A stretch of 63,191 nt of DNA, filler included, from Octopus bimaculoides (lineage: Eukaryota), in assembly GCF_001194135.2 (NCBI RefSeq). It is 8 parts of 8 records of this genome, joined end to end, with 100 filler letters (N's around TTAATTAATTAA, not from the genome) between each part and the next. Parts side by side here need not be neighbours in the genome. Positions count along the whole stretch, not along the records: positions 23,677 to 40,964 come from NC_068981.1; positions 41,065 to 44,662 come from NC_068996.1; 6 more parts are not named here. One strand, written 5' to 3'. A program made the translations under genes and the position numbers. Of the stretch, positions 26,291 to 41,717 are shown piece after piece; the stretch's first letter is position 1, and every line of letters begins with the position of its first letter. The notes beneath the pieces were generated by a model. That model worked only from the letters and a program-made list of their open reading frames with translations, did not search any database and was not told where the DNA came from.

Positions 26291-29200
26291 TTTTATTATT
26301 ATAACATGGAATTGCTAGAATTGGTCGAGTGACGGAAATGGTGAATTGCTCTTTTTAATTAATTACTATTAGCTTCTCAGTGTGAACTTCACTGACAGTG
26401 AGTTAACATTTCTACGTTTCTTGTTCTATAAAATGAGAATCAGTTTATTATTTAGTTCCATCTAACTAGATTTGTAATTTTCTATAGTTTGAGATATTGT
26501 ACTTTGGTTAGAATTTAATAAAGTAAAAGAGATGTTTCTTATTATATTTATATTCGACAAAGCTTACAAACCGATAGTGTTTCTGTCTGTCGTTAGTTTG
26601 AAATCTTACCGAAAGATTAAAGAACCGAGAAACTATTTAAAATGAAAGAGAATCAAAATAAAATCATGACACCACAAAGTTTAAAGGGATACCAAAAATT
26701 GCAGTAATAATAACGTTTAGATGTTTATGACATGCTTCTCTTTGCGCAATTCATAGATTAACTAAACATTTCACTTTTAACGTGGACAGCTATTTGAAAG
26801 GATTGCCTTGTTTAGAGTGGAGATAAATTTTCATTGATTTCTGTTAACTTCTCAGGATCGTAATAGCATGGTGTATGTAATTATGTGTGTCTGTACATAT
26901 GAGTATCACTGGAGAGTATGTGTGTTTATGTAAATCCCTCTAGGTAACTATACTTGGTTATTTCTTTCTACGTGTATGGCTGTCTCTCTCTCGATCCTCT
27001 CACGCAATATTGATAGGAACTTTGTTGTTATAGGACAATAAGTAGATGTCTGAATCGTAACTAGTGCAAGATAAACTGTTGATGGGGTTTATCGTCGAAA
27101 CTTTCATTCGTAAACTTTGCGTCGTAATGCAATAATAGATTGATTTATTTAAATCTCTGATATTTCAATGAATGAGACAGCCATTAGAATACGTGTAACA
27201 CAATATACACATCGCATATATATAAATCTACGCTAACATACTCACACACACTCACACACATGCATACACACTCACACACATGCACACATGATCTCACATA
27301 CAGAATATATGTGTGTATGTGTGTGTGTATTTATAATTATATAGACACATGTGTTCGTAGTTTATGCGTCTATGTATGTTTGTGTGTGTTTCAACACCCG
27401 ACACAAATGATTTATGCGTATATATATATATATATATATGATGGCGGATCCACCTGTGTTGAAACGTGTGCGCCTGTATGTATATTCAGGACAGAGCATA
27501 CAAATAAAGAACGAACGTACGTCTTGTGAGGGTTCCAACTGAAAACTAAAGGTAATTAAATTGTTAAATGAAGAATAAAAACCAGTTAAGAAAGCTAACT
27601 TATGTAAACTTCTACTAAGTCTATGCTAAAAGCAATTCGTCTTTTAAAGAAATCAATTAGACTATTGGAAATGATAGATATTAATACTATACAAACACCG
27701 GAACAATAGATTTTTATTTATTAAGTCATTCTGTTGACGTCTCAAAGATTCTGTGACCCTACACTTTAGTCTGTGTATCTAATTTACTAATTAGTTTTAT
27801 CAAACTAAAATCACTTTTCCAATAGTTATATAGCTCATTTATTTTCTTTAATCATAAGATGTGTACGTATGCATGATTGACTATATATCTCGAGCACTAA
27901 ATTTCGAAATATATATGATCATTTGATTGGTTTTGAAGCAGAGTGCTATACCAAAGCCTTTTCAATATCAAATTGTTAGACGATGGCGTCGATTAGTATA
28001 AATGACTTGCTGGATTTAGCTACTTCACTGTGTACTCACTTCTAGTCATCCTATGATTAACTCTATTGTTCCCAAATGATGTGTCTATAAAAGTAATATC
28101 ACTCATTCAATGTAACAATCTACACCCGTTAACAAACTTTTAAACCTTCTGTAAGTCACCATTAATTATAACCATAAATACCACTTCTGAGAGTTAAAAT
28201 TCGGCTGCCATAGGCACTTAAGATCACAAATGGCTCTAACTGATGAAGAAAATACCAGTGCATAGTAAATATGTGTAAATGTGCGTATATTTATATATGT
28301 GTGTGCATTAGTGTCTGTCTGTGTAAGTTTTTGTCTGCGCGTTTCTACGTTTACTAATCATTTGCAATATAAAATGTGTATACAGAAATTGTTTAATACA
28401 TCATATACAAGTGCGTATAACATATTACAGACTATAATATAAGCGTATTTATACATCATCACTTTCAAACCAAATATTAAGCTTTCTTTTTACAGTAAAG
28501 ATGGCGTTGAAAGTCCGGGACTCAATAATACCCATATTAATAATGTCTTTATAAAAACAACATCGTGAAGTCAGATTAGCTTCACTTTAACATAATGAAG
28601 ATTTATTTGAAAGATAACGCAAAGGATATTGTCATTCGGGACACTAATCCTTTTATTTTGAATTTGAATTAAAATATATAATTTTACCCAATTATATTTC
28701 ATATTAGAAATCGCTTTCAGATTATGAATGGTATCATTATTAATGACTAAACATTATAATCTACGTCAAATCAAATGTTACTGTTGCAGCAAAAACAATG
28801 CTATAGGAATATGATGAAGATTATCATAACGTGTATTGTCGCTTTTAATCTTATTACTCTTGATGCATTATCTAAAGCTATTTAAGATGACGTCACTATC
28901 ATAATATCGTTTATTATCTTGATAATAATGTTCATCAACAGCATCCTCGTAATCCCAATTAAGCAAGATATCGACTACAATATACTCTATAAAAATATAT
29001 TCGCAGTATCATCTATTTGAGAATATATATATGTTATCTAGAAAGTAGCGGATGACTATTCTTATAGTAACACAAGAGGCATTATGTCCAAAAGCGGTTA
29101 CTCAAATATCCGGTTAAATATTTAAGAAGAGATATAGAATTCTGAACAAGTACTCAGTTTGAAATTCTATGACAATTCCCTTGATAATCTGTTAGACTAG

Positions 29201-29894
29201 TACGTATCCTACAGGATGATTGAAACAGTTTGTTCTATTGAATCCAATATTAAATATAATGGATCATGTTTGCTTCAATGGACTGGCTTTCATAATATCT
29301 TATCCGTATCAAAGAGTTGCGTTCGATGATAGATTCCATATTTCCAACGGAACGTACATTATATTTGTTAAATTCTATAGAACACTGGCCTTCTTGACAG
29401 TAAAATAAATAATATCTGTCATTTATAGGATTTACGTGTACATGCATCATTGTGTATACCAAGGCCTTATGACTCACATATAATTATCAGATTAATAAAA
29501 TGCCACAAATAAAGCGTTCCGCTGAATGTCTATTACGCCATGGAATGGTATTTACTAGATTGCAGTCAATGTGTCCAAAATCTAAAATACGGAAATACTT
29601 CCCATGTAATTTCAAAACACAAGTAATCCTCTTATAGTATGTGTGATAATTTTCCATTATTTTGAATATATGTTACACACCGACTTTCTAGAAGATAGTA
29701 AAAATGCTTAGATTACCACTTTTGATAATCATCTAGATATTTTAAACGTTAAAATTTTTGGTAGAATATATTAACAACTGAAGCTTAAAATTTCATTGCT
29801 GCAGTTTCTGTTTTGATGTTCTATTTAACTTTCGGTATATGAACTGTCTAGAATATTATATAATGATTTCAAATGTTGGCAGAAGACTAAAAAT

Positions 29895-30060
29895 TTCGGG
29901 GTAGAGTGTAAGTCGATTACATCGGATCCTATGGTCAACTGATACTTGAACGATGAAAGGCAAATGCCACCCACCGGCAGCATTTGAACTCAGAACGTAA
30001 TATTGGATTTAATAATCATTTTGTCCGACGCGGTATTAGTTTAACAATGTCACTGCCTTC
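29895..30060 (-). mobile_element. Old SINE family C fragment
   Basis: GATGAAAGGCAAA..TTTGAACTCAGAACGTAA matches 43025-43075. Confidence 0.55.
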
Positions 30061-33000
30061 CAATGCTACATATTGAAATGAAAAAGTAAGTATAAAATAA
30101 TATGTTAAATTCTTGTTAAAAATGTTTTGTCACTGGGTTTCATGGCACATTGTTAGAATATTCAAAGCATCTGTCAATAAGAAAAGAAAAGAAAAAAACA
30201 ATGTTTTCTATCTTCTATACAGATTTTTGTGTCATACTTGTATCGTTCGCGTTCACTTATTTTTATCCCGGTGCTTAGTCAGCGATCAAATTTGATTGCA
30301 CAAGCTTATACTCAAAGTTATATTAGCATTAATAATTCCTCGCTGACACAGCAGCTAGATCGAAACATATTGTCATGATGTACCATTTCTCTTTTCAGTG
30401 AAGCTGATTTATCAGTGATATAAGACATAATTATATAGTCTTTGAAATATGCCGTTCGTAAAACTAGACATTCTTATCCCACAAAGTCTGCTGATGGTAA
30501 TAGTTTTCAGTTTCGTGGAAATATGGTACGTAGGAAATATATGTTGGACTGAAAGAGATGTGTTCCAACGTAATTGATAACAATCTTAATGACTTCATAA
30601 TACCTTCTATATTTGTATATTACATATCCTATGTAGTCTTTTCCAGATGTTTGTTGTTTTGCTAGCTCATCTACTTCCATTAAATTTGCCTCAGCTGAAA
30701 GCAATGAGTTTATCCGAGAATTTCAGTCATTGGGACAATATGTAAAACTATTCAGAGATTTTGACAATTTCGAATATATTTCAAATATTCGTTGTTACTG
30801 TTTTTTTAGATAGTTGAATGAGTCGCCTTTTTTAATCTGTTTGAAATGAATGAAGAATACTGATACTCCAAGTGTTAGTCAGTATTGTAATCAGGCAATC
30901 ACTGATAAGGATTTTGAAAATAGTTGATCAAGTTGTGACGCACATTCTCAAATGTATATATATGCATATATGTATATTTTAACATGTTTGACCTAACACG
31001 TATCTGACTTAAGAACAGCAAAATAGAGTAGTCGCTTAAGTCATGACGTACGTCATCACAGTCTAATTGAGTAGGGAGTAATTGTGTACTGAGATATATA
31101 TGAGTCTAATTCAATTATTTAGAATTTGTCGGAGGACGTTTTCCAGGTAGAGTTTGAATGTTATGTTTGGAATCCATTTGAGGTAGCGTATATAGAATGT
31201 TGTAAGTTATCGCTCTTGTCTGGATTAAGTTCGCCATACCCCATTACCATAAAGCATGGTGCTGAGAAAACATATTTTATATCAACATGTTTTACATATT
31301 TCATATCAACCCTTAAATATTTATATCTACCTCTAGCTTACCGCTCACCGAAACTCTTTTCGTAAACCTAGGTATGTCAAGGTGCACTTGCAATCACTTA
31401 GATTCAAATGTGAGTTTGTCTATGACGATGGAACTAAAGTATGTAACTCCTGTATTGTTTCTAGCTAATAATTGTTGATGGTGTTGGGTGGAAAGTGTTT
31501 AACAGCTTCGCTTAGCACACTTGTTTTATTCAATCCTGAAAAGTTTTGTGAGTTTCTCCATTAAGTTTACAAACAGCATGTCTCTAATGAATATTTTGCG
31601 TATTTTGACTTTCACCACCAATCGAGACAAACTGAACAGTTAATGATAAAAGACCGGGCATCAACATGACAACGAAGAAAAGAATGCTAATCGGAGTCAG
31701 ATACACAACCATGTTTAACTTCAGTGTGAATTACGAAAAATTCCTAGGAGTAGCCATCAAACTTAATGATCCATTCATATCTGTTTGAAATGAATGAAGA
31801 ATACTGATATTCTCACAGAACACCAAGTGTTCTTCAGGATTGTAATCAAGCCATCACTGATCATAACGATTTATGAGTTCGTGAGGTAAATGAAAGTGAT
31901 ATACAGTGGTTATTTCCGTATGAAAATTTTCCCGTGGAAATCGAAAGGAGATTATTCTGTCAACCATGCACTAAGAATCGGGTAATACACATTCAGCGAG
32001 CTTATATAGTCCTTCCTAACAATATTCAGCCAGCAGCTCCCTCTGTAAGTGGTGTAAAAGCTTCTATCTCGTAGTACTTGTTCAAAATAAAATATTTTAA
32101 TCTTTCATATTTTGTGAAACTGGTCCCTCTTTCCTGAAATAGCACACTAGTTCGTTTAAGTACTGCAGCACGCTACTTTTAACATAGTTGATAACATCTT
32201 ATAGACTTCCGTTATAACCAGGTATCTTGTCAGTGGAATTTCGATCAATGTCTTTACTCAGATCACTAACATGCGGCATACGTTCAAGTATATCCACCAT
32301 TGGCTGACATTCCAAGGCGTCTACCACAGTGTGAGAGATAGTATTTTCTGTGAGAAAATTTTTTGTAATAGCGCACACATCTTATACGTGAACGCATTTG
32401 CCTGTGATTATCTTACCAGCATTGATTTTCAGATAAGTTGTTTCGCTCATGGTTAGGATGATGACTTTCTTTATCTCAGCACACACTCAACAGATATTAC
32501 ATCTGCTAAATGATGACTGAATAACTGCCAATCTCTACCCAATAGCCATATACACATATCTGACTGGCTATTACACCTTGTATCCTATTGCTCTTAATGC
32601 TTCCAAGTTTGTTTGGGAGGAACGATTATGTACGAGTAAATCACCACGCTTTTCTTCCATGGCAGCAGTGAACTTACATAATTTTGCTTAAAGCAATCAT
32701 GTGCGAAGCAACGTTTCTTCTGAAATGTCTGACAATGATTGCTAAATTAGTGAATAATCCTATTTTTAATAATCGCAGTCAATTTATCAAATTTAATAGG
32801 GTAGATTCTAAATATGTCCATCTGGATATTCTTTAAAGCTCACTACATCACTTCATGTGATGTGCTGAGGTGGCATACAGAGTGACTTTGAATATTGACA
32901 TTATATTGCATGGAAAAGGTTATGCAATTTTCAGGAGGATGTTCTTTCCTTAATGAAAATTCGATGTTATGCTGCTGCTCCTGCCACTACTACTGCCGCT

Positions 33001-36000
33001 GCTGCTGATGATGTCGATGACGACGAGGCTGATGATTCTCTAACAATGTCAGATAAAAATTGAACGTTGTAATAAGTAGTAACAAATGATTAATGAAAGA
33101 TAAATGCACGAAAGCAATTTGTTATGGTTCATTCGTTTAATATTGACACATAAAAAATAATGCAAAATGCGAATATAAAATTCATGGAATTAACATTATC
33201 AAAGTACATTCTATTTAGAAATAACTAAGGAAAATAAAAGTTAATTTCTCTACGTTTTTGTTTTATATGACATTATTAATAATGAAAATTAACAAAACGC
33301 ATCAAAACAAACTTCGATACACGTGATGGACGTTCTCTTGTGTATTGATTTACACCAATTGACATAAAATAACATGTTACCAAATTAAAAGAAATACAAG
33401 TGAAAGAATATACGGTACTTGACTGGAGGGAAATTTTTATTATGTAATGTTTTTTGTAACGTCTCTGAATATGCTAAGAAAATGCACAGTTTGAATGATT
33501 CATTATACTTGTTAACTGTATAATTTTCTTATTTTATTAATCACACTGAAACTTGTAGACACTATACCAACGGCACAATTTCTGTTTAATCATTTAATTA
33601 TTCTTTCTGCATATTATGTGTTTAAAAACAAATACTGGTTATTAAATATAAGAATATTAAATATAAAATTATTCGTTTTTGAGATTGCCTTGAGAAATAA
33701 TTGACAAAGTATAGCCACAGAAATACATATAGCAACAAGACTAACATTCATTTTCTGTGACCCAATATTTACGAAGAAAATATAACTCTAAAAAAAAACA
33801 AGGGAAAAAATATCTACTTTTGCTTCCTCTGTATTTATATGTTCTTTCCTCTTCAAGAATCTTGTTCCGCATACTTGCGAATACACACACACACCCATTC
33901 TCTCTCTCCCTCTCTCTCTCCCTCCCACTCGCTCTCTCTCTCTTTCTCTCTCTCTCTCTTTCTCTCTCTCACTCTTTCTCTCTCTCTCTCACATGCACGC
34001 ACACACAAACATATACACACGTACACGCACTCACACTTACACTCACAAAATTTATCCTTGTGGAACATGTTTTATGTGACCGCATTTATATATATATTTC
34101 TAATAACAAAAAATACATATATTTGTAGAAGATATATGACAGCAGATTGTATCTTAAACTAGATATTTTACCGAATCCAATACATCCGTACACCTCCAAC
34201 AATAATGAACCGCGGATTTAACTGGGGAATTACACCAGTTATACATTCCAACGCAAAACACTGAACCCGGATCTACATTTAAAATAGGTTGAGAAATCTC
34301 GACCATTTATTTCCATATATTTTGAGAAGATATGAAATATATTTATTAAGAAATCCAAAGGAATGATTCACTCTTCGAAATACCTCCAATAAACAGAAAA
34401 TCACACTTGAATATATGCGTGTATGTGTTTACATACATACAGGAATACATGCATTTGTGTGTATGAGAGAGAGAGAGAGCAAAAGAGAGAAACATACACC
34501 CACATACATTCACAGACACATATATATTGTTTACTTGATTACAAACATGAAGGAAAAAGAATGAATAACAAATGGTTTGCTACTTACATAACTAAACAGA
34601 ATATTTAATCATATATTCTGCCGATTTTATCCCTCTTACGATTAAGCAATTAATCATCTTCAAATTCCATTATAACTATGTGTTATTAAAGCATTGGTGT
34701 TTCCTCTTGAGTGCTATATATGAAAATGTTCTCGTTTAAAAATCCAAACACTACAATTCCTTGATTCACGAAGTATTGAATATATCATACAGTTTATGAT
34801 CTTTATATATGTAAAAAAATTATGATAGTAGACTATACCTAACGTATCTTGAAAAATGCAAACCTGATCGTAATTGTTATTATTATTTTATTTTCTGTGC
34901 ATCTAGTTACTATTAACATGTAGTATATGATATGACATGTTACTTATTAAAATGTAATGTAATAGAACTCCTATTGGTGCTTTTGTGACAGAAGAGAGAT
35001 TCATATATTTAAGCAGGGAAGCAAAGATATATTTTGTTACGTGCACCTCTGATTGTCTCACAAAAATATAGTATCAATAGCGGCATGGCTTGCCATGAAT
35101 ATAGCATAACGTTCATTATTTGATAGAATATTTGCTCAACATTCCCGGACTCATATTTATCAACGTGATATGATTCAATATTCAATCATTAAATGTACTG
35201 GAATGATTGAATCAAAATTAAAACGAACTTGCATATCTGGTTCATCATATCACAACAATCAATGTACATTCTGTTCTCAATCGAATCTAACATTATATTG
35301 CAAACCAAAGGAAATATCCATCAACCTTGATTAGCTGTGTTGAAGTAGTTTACATAATTTATAAATATTTATAAAATTGTTCTTCAAGTGCATTGGTAGA
35401 CTGATCGATGTTCTGGTATTTAAATATGTATAATTCACAAAATTTACATATCGGGAAATTAGCTGTTCGGAATGGTAACATACATCAAAATAATGAATAT
35501 AAACAATGCAATATTTATATCAGGGAATTGTAAATCGACAGTATTGTGGGACCACCGCTTGCAAAAACAATTTTGGGAAATATGAAATATGCTAATTAAA
35601 ACGTAACATTTTGTACGAAGGCAGAAAGCTTAAACGTTTGACCATAATGCCTTTGTTCGATTATCTATTTAGTGACGAGAATAAATGAATAGAGATACTA
35701 AGTATTACGGCTACATATTACTGCACTTTCTACATGTTATTTGTATATTATTTTGTCTATATAAGAATGATTGCATGTATATCTTTATTAGGCAGCTTTA
35801 TTAGGCAGATTTTATGTGGGAGATGAGCCTATAATATATATTAGCAAAATATTTTCTCGTACAATTTGCACCAACTTACTCTAGATTGAAATAAACATGA
35901 AAATATTGCATCCACTTACTGACTTTTATCCGTGAAAATGTGTTATTTTGTATCCAAAAACATATTTCTGAATTAATAGTTTGCATTATAATATCATAAC

Positions 36001-37153
36001 GTATATATTAGCATTAGTATCTCATAATTTATCAAGAGCTTATCATTATTTTTAGAGTAAACATCAATGATCGTTATTGAAAATATTCAGGGCCCCTTTG
36101 TAATGTCCCTTTCAAATTAGCAGCTTAAAACCTAAAATAGAAGATTCTAGAAAATCCAATATTCCCTAATCATTATATCTCCATAAATGCCAATTAACCG
36201 AATGGAAGTCTTCTGAAATTGGTATAAATTCCTGTTATCAAAGCCTCATGAGAGAGGTTACAAAATTTAAAACCATCACACACCCTGTTATATATATGTG
36301 TGTGTGTATGTGTGTGTGAATGTGTGTATCTGTGTGCATATGTGTGTGCATATGACTATGTCAGCATGTGTGTACGTGTCACCTTAGTTTGTCTGATATG
36401 ATTTGACATGTTTTAAGAAATCCTGTTACACAGTGAGGCAGACTAATAAAAAGACAAACAAAAATAGGACAGGTTAGAACTATAATTTCAAGTTGCATTC
36501 TTACATGAAGACCAATTACTTCACTATTACTGATTCTAAACTTCCAATTGGTGCAATTTATTCCTAACAGACTGAATTATTTTGAATATTTATTTCAGTT
36601 TTTGTGGGGAAAATATTAATTCGATTCATGATAAACATCGAAATTTGGTTTAGTTTCGTATAATCCTTGAAAATAATTGTTTCTGGAATGACAATTTCAA
36701 CGTAGTCAGACATAAGTAATAGAAAGTGACTCATATCTATTTTATGTGAAAATAATCATTCGTAAACAAGGCTAGTCACGCAGCTTAACAAACAGATGGT
36801 CACACATTCTTTCTTTTTTAATACTCATTTCTAGATTAACATAAATATATGGCAGTTGTCCCTGACATGCGCTACTTCGATACGCTACTGAGGTGCATAG
36901 ATACATTCACAATTTTTAATCTGATATCACAAATATAATTATGACAATTAAAGTAAACGCAAAAACGGGTTTAATGAATAGCATGATGTTAACCCACCAT
37001 CAAACCTTATAGAGAATACAGATGCAAACTAAGAGAATTAATACTTTTAAGTAATAATACGTATAACTTATAAAAATAATATTATTTGATACGAACAAGA
37101 AATGCATTTGTATCGCGGTCATTGACATATATATGTATTTTGATATACATAAC

Positions 37154-37186
<33 letters not shown>

Positions 37187-37329
37187 GGGAGAATATACAA
37201 ANNNNNNNNNNCACACACACACACATATGTATATTATATTATATTATAATATATTATATTAAAATGAACTTCAATCGTGTTTGTTTGTTTGTTTCCAATG
37301 TTACACAGCTAAACTGGAAAATACTATAA

Positions 37330-38720
37330 ATTAAGACCGCCTGAAATGTAAATGCAAATGGAATAAAGTAAGTTTCGTGTAAATCGGACAAAAGGTTCTT
37401 AAGATATTAGGGGGTTTGGGGGTATAAATACCCAAAACGCTGCATAATGTGAAAATACTCCGAAAATAAATTAACTCTGAAAGGGAAGAAACTCTAACCT
37501 TACGATTAGACTTATTAGTGACTAACTTGCCAACGAAAGTATACGAGTTGCTTCTCATAGTGAATGTTTCTACTTTCTCTTTTGTTAAACATAATATTTT
37601 AATCATTTAGAAATATATCTAAGTAAATGTGATATCAAAGATGTAAGTTGTTTGTACAGCAAGTATTAATATATTAATTTTAGCTTTCTTTAAACAGGCA
37701 ATATTTTAATGTTATCTTAAATTATTTTCGAGTGAATACCATTACAAAAAAGTTTTTGGGCATTTTTAATAAATATTTTAAAGTGTAAATGACTTTAAAA
37801 ATATACGGAAAATATTTCGTTAAAAAACGGTTTGTAACCTCGGTGTATAATAATATTTTTCCATAGGTATTTTCCGAGTGCATTCAACGTATCTAACATC
37901 GAAAGACCTGACTGCTATTTCTGGCAGACCCTGCTACCACGTAAAAGCTATTTGCGAAAGAGGACCCGAAATAGCTGTTACGTGTTGCAGGGCGTGCAAG
38001 AAATAGCAACAAAATCTTTCGTTTCCTGGGGAAAGGAGGCCTTTACGCATGATTTCGGAGTTACATTCGTTGAAATCATGCAAAATAACCTGGAAAAGAA
38101 AAAGAAAACTCACGAAACAAAACTCATTTGGTGTGATACTCTAATTTTCCCAGGAAACTCCGAGGTCCCCACAACACTTCCCTCTTTTCTTTTCCGGAAG
38201 AAAATAGTTTGTGGTGGGTTTAGAGTTGAGATACATTGAATGCACTCGAAAATAACCGGTGGAAAAAATAATTTCACACCGAAGTATGAACGGGTCCTGC
38301 GAATAGAAAGATCGATGAGACTGATAAAGCAAGGGATGTGCGTTTCTTGGAACAGAGAAAAAGAGACAGAAACAGGAGAGATCAAGAAACGGACAGTTAG
38401 AGAGCTGAGTGTCTGGTGAAACAGGAAAAGAGATAAAAGCAGGAGACGTCATGAATCAAATGCTCATGTGAATACAAAGGGAACAAAAGTTTTGCGTAAA
38501 TCGGACGACGGGTCACCGAGATACGTGGGTTTTTTTCGGGTATCTGTATAAATAGTCAAACCGGCGTATAATGGGGAAAATGCTTTTAAAGTAAGGTACG
38601 AATGAAATGTGAATACACACGGAATAACAGAAGTTTCGCATAAATCGGACCACGGATTCTTGAAATACGTAGTTATTTCGGGTACAATGAACTATTGGTG
38701 ACCCAAGGGGTCACAGTTAA
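37330..38720 (+). mobile_element. Degenerate Helitron-like non-autonomous element
   Basis: Three imperfect ~75-bp units centred on (G/A)TAAATCGGAC (37379, 38496, 38640). A terminal hairpin GTGACCC-AAG-GGGTCAC (38698-38714) is followed by AGTTAAT. Family assignment is inference. Confidence 0.4.
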
Positions 38721-39989
38721 TCTACATATATGAATATATAGAGAGAGATAGACAGGTAGATAGATATTCATATGTTACAAAAAAAATTGTCCAATGTACT
38801 TGAATGATTTTACGTTTAATTGTAGGAAGCTTTCAATTTCGAAGTTTTTCTTTCCTGGGTAAATGCTTGGATTGTTATTTCTTTTAACAACTTGAACAAA
38901 GAGATTGTATAACATTAGAGAAGGCAAAGGGGTTGAAAACATTCAGGTCTAGTCTCCGACTGAAAACTTATTTCTTCCCGTTCTCTAATTAGTCTTGGAT
39001 AACATGAAAATATTATTCTTGAACTATGCGCCTACTATTGTACAATGCGTTGTAATACTGAATTGCATACAATTAATTATCTGAGAATATGGACGCATCG
39101 CACCACAAATTAAGCATCATATTCTTCAGTTTACGACTATATCTGAGAACATAATATAGCTTTCATGGTGTGATAACGTGATATGATAATATTCAATAGT
39201 AATCTAATAAAAGTCTTTAACAATATGGTGTTGTAGGGTATTGAAAAATAATCATGGACATCCACACAAAAATAATGAATTTGCGTTTTTAATTCTGGTA
39301 CATTAGATTAATTTTCCATCGAATAGTAAATATCATCGCATGCTTACAAACTAGGGAAATATTTTAAATGCATTTTTGCCGAAAATTTTATAGAAAAATT
39401 TGTGTAAAATATATAGGTCGATTTCACGTGATGTTTTATAATCTAATGAAATAGTTTGATGGCCTATTATATGCCAACACCGAAGCAAATGACAATGTTA
39501 GAGTAACCGATGATAATTTTACATTGCAAAGTGACCTTGCTCAAAGGAGTTATGCACAAACTGATATTTAACTTCAATTACTTGTTAAGATATAAATTAC
39601 AAAATATGTGTAAAACTTGATGCAGATTAACTATTCAATATTCCACACCTGTGTGTGTTGATTTGCCATTCCTTCAAAAAAAAAAAAAAACGTATGTGTT
39701 TGTACATGTGCTCGTGTGTAAATATATGTGCTGGTGTGTATGCAATAATATGTATATATATTGTGTTACATTCGTGTCACATTTTCTCCTTAGTTAAGCC
39801 AAATATTGGAGAGATATTGGATTGTAAAAGAAATCCAATATTAAATTATATTTGTTTTCATTTCATATCACTTCCAGGCATGTGAGTTTCTCAATTTCAA
39901 AGATTGCATAGAGAAAGGATAAGTGTAGCATATATCCCTTGCTGATGGAGTTCTCTTCGTTGATTTTGTTGATTTTGCTGTTGTTGGTG

Positions 39990-40586
<597 letters not shown>

Positions 40587-41085
40587 TGTTTTTGTTTCTT
40601 AGCATCACATCCGCTCTGATCTAAGTGATCTATAATCAAAGATTTTTCTAGCCGCCAACAGCACACATTTTTTTCAAATTTTCAGGAAACCCGGAAGCAA
40701 TTTAATAAATGTGTTGCTTTCTTAGGTGCTAAGTGTTATATGGCTACTATTTCCAGAAGATTGGTTTCACACGCTGTTGGTCTCGCATGTGTTCGTATTA
40801 TATAATGTTAATTTTCAGAGTTAGTCCTCTATATTTGTCAATCATGAATTGTATATCTCGGTATATTGTACGAACATACTTATGCTCAAAAATTAGACTT
40901 ATAGCTATTAAGTATGCATGCATGCGTGTTGATATCAAAATACACACATATTCATATATGCACGNNNNNNNNNNNNNNNNNNNNNNNNNNNNNNNNNNNN
41001 NNNNNNNNTTAATTAATTAANNNNNNNNNNNNNNNNNNNNNNNNNNNNNNNNNNNNNNNNNNNNAGATTGGCCCGGAGGGGTCTT

Positions 41086-41250
41086 TTTTTAAAGTCGAAA
41101 CGCTCGACCAACGCCTTACAGTCATCCACGAACAAGTCTAGGCTACTGAATTGGCCTGGAGGCGGCGTCCAGTTGGATGGGCGGCGTCCAGTTGGATGGG
41201 CGGCGTCCCAGGTCCGAGAAGTAGTCCCGATTGTCGGGACGCTGTGTTGA
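41086..41250 (-). mobile_element. Penelope-like element fragment (region upstream of RT)
   Basis: Correcting a 19-bp tandem duplication gives FSDLGRRPSNWTPPPGQFSSLDLFVDDCKALVERFDFKKRPLRANL, cf. PLE SxWTPPxG..LDxFI..C..NL; it runs into a gap. Confidence 0.6.
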
Positions 41251-41717
41251 CGTATGGAAGAACGCGCAACGCATACAAATGTGTGTGCGTATACAAGAAA
41301 AAAAAATATATATATTGTTTTAATGAAGAAACAGTATGGAGGTAAAATAATATTTGTAAGCTTTAAGCTTATAAGCGTTCTCCCTGTATTGGCTAAGGAA
41401 AATAATCTAATATCGGGGTATATAAGCCCTGGACGGAAGTAGGTATAATACGCGTGTTATACCCCCTAGTTCCTTTCGTCGAGTGAATTATTTGTCATTA
41501 TTTACTGAATGTGTCTTTGTGCGTGTGTGTGTGTGTGTGTGCGTGCTTCTTCTATTTACGTACATTTCATGCATACTTTATTTATAAAATTTGAAAATGC
41601 ATGTCTTAAAAAAATGTGAAGTGATACTGAAAGTCAAAGACGAAATTTGAAATTAATATACAGCAATAACAGAAGAAGGATAGCAACAATGAAGGATACA
41701 ATTAAAAAAGTTATTTT

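Noticed and set aside
30647-30742. Possible exon after TTTTCCAG
   Set aside because: Weak donor and no recognisable protein similarity.
33830-33990. Minus-strand TATAAATA next to a GA-rich tract as a promoter
   Set aside because: Expected by chance in AT-rich, microsatellite-rich DNA; no downstream gene is supported.
41161-41209. 19-bp direct repeats as a CRISPR-like array
   Set aside because: No spacers, eukaryotic context; a tandem duplication within a retroelement fragment.
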